From Candidatus Methanomethylicia archaeon (GTDB lineage: Archaea > Thermoproteota > Methanomethylicia > Culexarchaeales > Culexarchaeaceae), in the NCBI GenBank assembly GCA_038727515.1, contig JAVYVS010000001.1, positions 416,001 to 480,000 of the forward strand: DNA of 64,000 bases, given 5' to 3'. Shown piece after piece: positions 61,851 to 64,000 of the stretch. The first letter of the stretch is position 1. Each line of letters starts with the position of its first letter. Both the position numbers and the translations under genes were made by a program. The notes beneath the pieces are model-generated. The model was not told the origin of the DNA. It searched no databases and saw only the letters and a list, made by a program, of their open reading frames with translations.

Positions 61851-62411
61851 TCACAATCTCCCTAAGCGGGTAAGTATATCATTTGAAGATGTTATTTCAA
61901 CACCATAAATTTCCTTCATATACTTTAAACCCCAATTATGATCTTCCTCATTAAAAGTTGTAACACAATCTGAGGGTATAATAACCTTATAACCACGATA
62001 AAATGCATCAGCAACAGTATTCATAACACATATATGCGTATGAATACCAGTTACAATTAACGTATCAATTTTAAGTTCTCTTAATAGATCATCTAAACTA
62101 GTACCGTAAAATCCACTATACCTTCTCTTCTCAATAATGAAATCTCTTTCACTAGGTTTTAAATCATCAATAATCATAGCGCCCCAAGAACCTTTAATCG
62201 CATGTGAACCCCACTTTTTAAATTCACCATCAATATTAGGTAGATGAGAGTCATTAACATAAATAACTGGAATGCCATGCTCTCTAGCAGTATCAATTAA
62301 AATTTTAACTCTAGGAATAATCTTTAAAGCATTATCACATTTAAGAGAACCATAAACAAAATCATTTAACATATCAATAACTAGAATAGCTACATGCAAG
62401 GTAAATCCCAA
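61851..62411 (-). CDS. Isochorismatase/nicotinamidase-family cysteine hydrolase
   Basis: IDMLNDF, KRRYSGF, GIHTHICV. Confidence 0.9.
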   Translation of the reverse strand: MGFTLHVAILVIDMLNDFVYGSLKCDNALKIIPRVKILIDTAREHGIPVIYVNDSHLPNIDGEFKKWGSHAIKGSWGAMIIDDLKPSERDFIIEKRRYSGFYGTSLDDLLRELKIDTLIVTGIHTHICVMNTVADAFYRGYKVIIPSDCVTTFNEEDHNWGLKYMKEIYGVEITSSNDILTRLGRL

Positions 62412-62446
62412 AATAAAATTGTGAAAAAAGAAGATAAAAATTGCTA

Positions 62447-62890
62447 TTAACCATCTGATTTTCGTTTCGGTATAGCTTCAATACCCTTCTCTCTAATCCT
62501 CTCAATTAAATCAAAAACCTTCGATTTTATTAAATTTCTGATAACTCTGGCTTCCTCAATACTCATTTTTGCTGGATCCGGTAAACCCCATTCCTCAACC
62601 CTATCTACAAATAACAGTGGGCATTCACTACCACTACATACTATCACAGCCATATCAACATCTTCTTGAAGCTCTCTAGTTAAAAGCCTCGGTCTTTTAT
62701 AACTTATATCTATACCCTCTTCAATCATTAACTTTATGGCATCGGGATGTACATTTTCCGCTGGTTTAACACCAGCACTTAAAGCCTTCCAACCCTCAGG
62801 GGCAAATGCATTAAAATATGCTTCAGCTATTTGACTTCTAAAGGTATTTTCTACACATACAAAAAGTATTAAACCCAATTCAACCACCAA
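62447..62890 (-). CDS. LMW-PTP / arsenate reductase ArsC family
   Basis: CVENTFRSQIAE CX5R loop, SAG, C..ECP, LPDP. Confidence 0.85.
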   Translation of the reverse strand: MVVELGLILFVCVENTFRSQIAEAYFNAFAPEGWKALSAGVKPAENVHPDAIKLMIEEGIDISYKRPRLLTRELQEDVDMAVIVCSGSECPLLFVDRVEEWGLPDPAKMSIEEARVIRNLIKSKVFDLIERIREKGIEAIPKRKSDG

Positions 62891-63485
62891 GATAATTCAA
62901 GACATATTCATAACCATACTTAAATGCCTTAATATTTACTTCAAATGCCCTTCCAGAAAAAGTCTTCTTCAAAATATCTTCAACATCACAAGCATTAATA
63001 TATTCAGATAAAATATTTGTTGCAAATAATCCACCTAGTAAAACGATATTTTCAGATATACTACTACCAGCTTCAATTGCAAGCTTTAATGCATCCATCA
63101 AAATATAATTTAATTTAAGCCTATTTAACTCAGAAATAATTTCACTTCTACTTGGAATCCTCTTAGCTCCAGGCGGCCTAATAATCCTATCATTCAATAT
63201 AAGTAATGTCTTTGGATTCGCATAATTTAAAGCTCTTAAAGATTCAATCAATTCTAAACCAATAATTGAATCAGCCATTCCAAAACATATCAATGGAGAA
63301 TCAACATCACCAATACGTACATGAACTACGACGCTTCCACCTCTTTGAGCCATTCCATGGGTTTCAGCAATTAAAGCTTTAACACCCTTAGAAATAGCAG
63401 TTAAACCTAGAATTCTACCCATCGTAAGTATACCTTGACCTCCAACACCAGTTAAAAGGATATTTTTAAACCTCATTTCAATCAA
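62880..63485 (-). CDS. iorB: Indolepyruvate:ferredoxin oxidoreductase beta subunit
   Basis: GVGGQG, ETHGMAQRGGSV. Confidence 0.93.
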   Translation of the reverse strand: MIEMRFKNILLTGVGGQGILTMGRILGLTAISKGVKALIAETHGMAQRGGSVVVHVRIGDVDSPLICFGMADSIIGLELIESLRALNYANPKTLLILNDRIIRPPGAKRIPSRSEIISELNRLKLNYILMDALKLAIEAGSSISENIVLLGGLFATNILSEYINACDVEDILKKTFSGRAFEVNIKAFKYGYEYVLNYLGG

Positions 63486-64000
63486 TCCTCCAAAGATCTT
63501 CCCAATTCTTCGATGATTCTATACGTGGTTTAATAGCATTATACGGGCATATCTGCATACATACTGAACATCCAAAGCATAAAATTGATTCAATGTAGGC
63601 TTTCTTATCATCCATTGGAATTATTGCTGGGCATCCTATTTGATTATAACATAATCCACATGCTCTACAAAGATTATTATCAATAGTGTATGTGGGTATT
63701 GAAATACCTTTACGTATAGCATTTGAAGCAACCATTAATGTACATGCTCTGCGAGAATTAATTAAAGCAACAGTTTTATTATCCAAAACATATTTTATAG
63801 CTTTAATAAATTCTTCAATGGAATCTTTAACATTAAAGGGATCTATAGTCTTAACATAACGTACACCAATTCCAGAAGCTATATCTTCAATCTTCACTTC
63901 ATTAATCCTAATACCCATAGCGGTTCTACCAGTACCAGGATGAGGTTGATGCCCAGTCATAGCGGTAACTCTATTATCTAAAACAAGTACAAGCATTGGA
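63478..64000 (-). CDS. iorA: Indolepyruvate:ferredoxin oxidoreductase alpha subunit (5' part outside window)
   Basis: LDNRVTAMTGHQPHP and C-terminal 2x[4Fe-4S] motifs CRACGLC..GCP and CFGCSVCMQICP. Confidence 0.93.
   Translation of the reverse strand, partial: PMLVLVLDNRVTAMTGHQPHPGTGRTAMGIRINEVKIEDIASGIGVRYVKTIDPFNVKDSIEEFIKAIKYVLDNKTVALINSRRACTLMVASNAIRKGISIPTYTIDNNLCRACGLCYNQIGCPAIIPMDDKKAYIESILCFGCSVCMQICPYNAIKPRIESSKNWEDLWRID

Noticed and set aside
1-64000. CRISPR arrays, rRNA, tRNA, transposases, known defence systems
   Set aside because: No regularly spaced repeats, long GC-rich structural RNA or transposase/integrase motifs seen

Overview
AT-rich (~30% GC by eye) archaeal chromosome segment, most consistent with a thermophilic Thermoproteota/TACK lineage (archaeal ThrRS lacking its editing domain, geranylgeranyl reductase, AOR, IOR, short Elp3, box C/D sRNA). 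Gene content suggests an anaerobic peptide/amino-acid fermenter: carAB, pst/phoU, D-aminoacylase, DppA, TldDE, LonC-type protease, AOR+MoaD, IOR, SucCD. No CRISPR array, rRNA, tRNA or intact mobile element was seen. The first ~1.8 kb is a higher-GC ArsR/thioredoxin/ArsP-type module. Best candidates for undescribed systems: (i) a divergent metallophosphoesterase / APC permease / Pol-beta-type nucleotidyltransferase module at 52.8-56.5 kb; (ii) a CitG-like + nucleotidyltransferase pair with no citrate-lyase ACP nearby, which could build the methanopterin side chain; (iii) an Elp3-Trm9-Zn-ribbon operon divergent from a Trm5-family gene; (iv) a four-gene SPFH/Zn-ribbon membrane operon resembling YdjI/YdjG without PspA. 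Also found outside the ORF track: a box C/D sRNA, two small Cys-rich ORFs, three palindromic sites, and a kb-scale saw-tooth A/T skew. All assignments come from motif recognition by eye; no searches were run.
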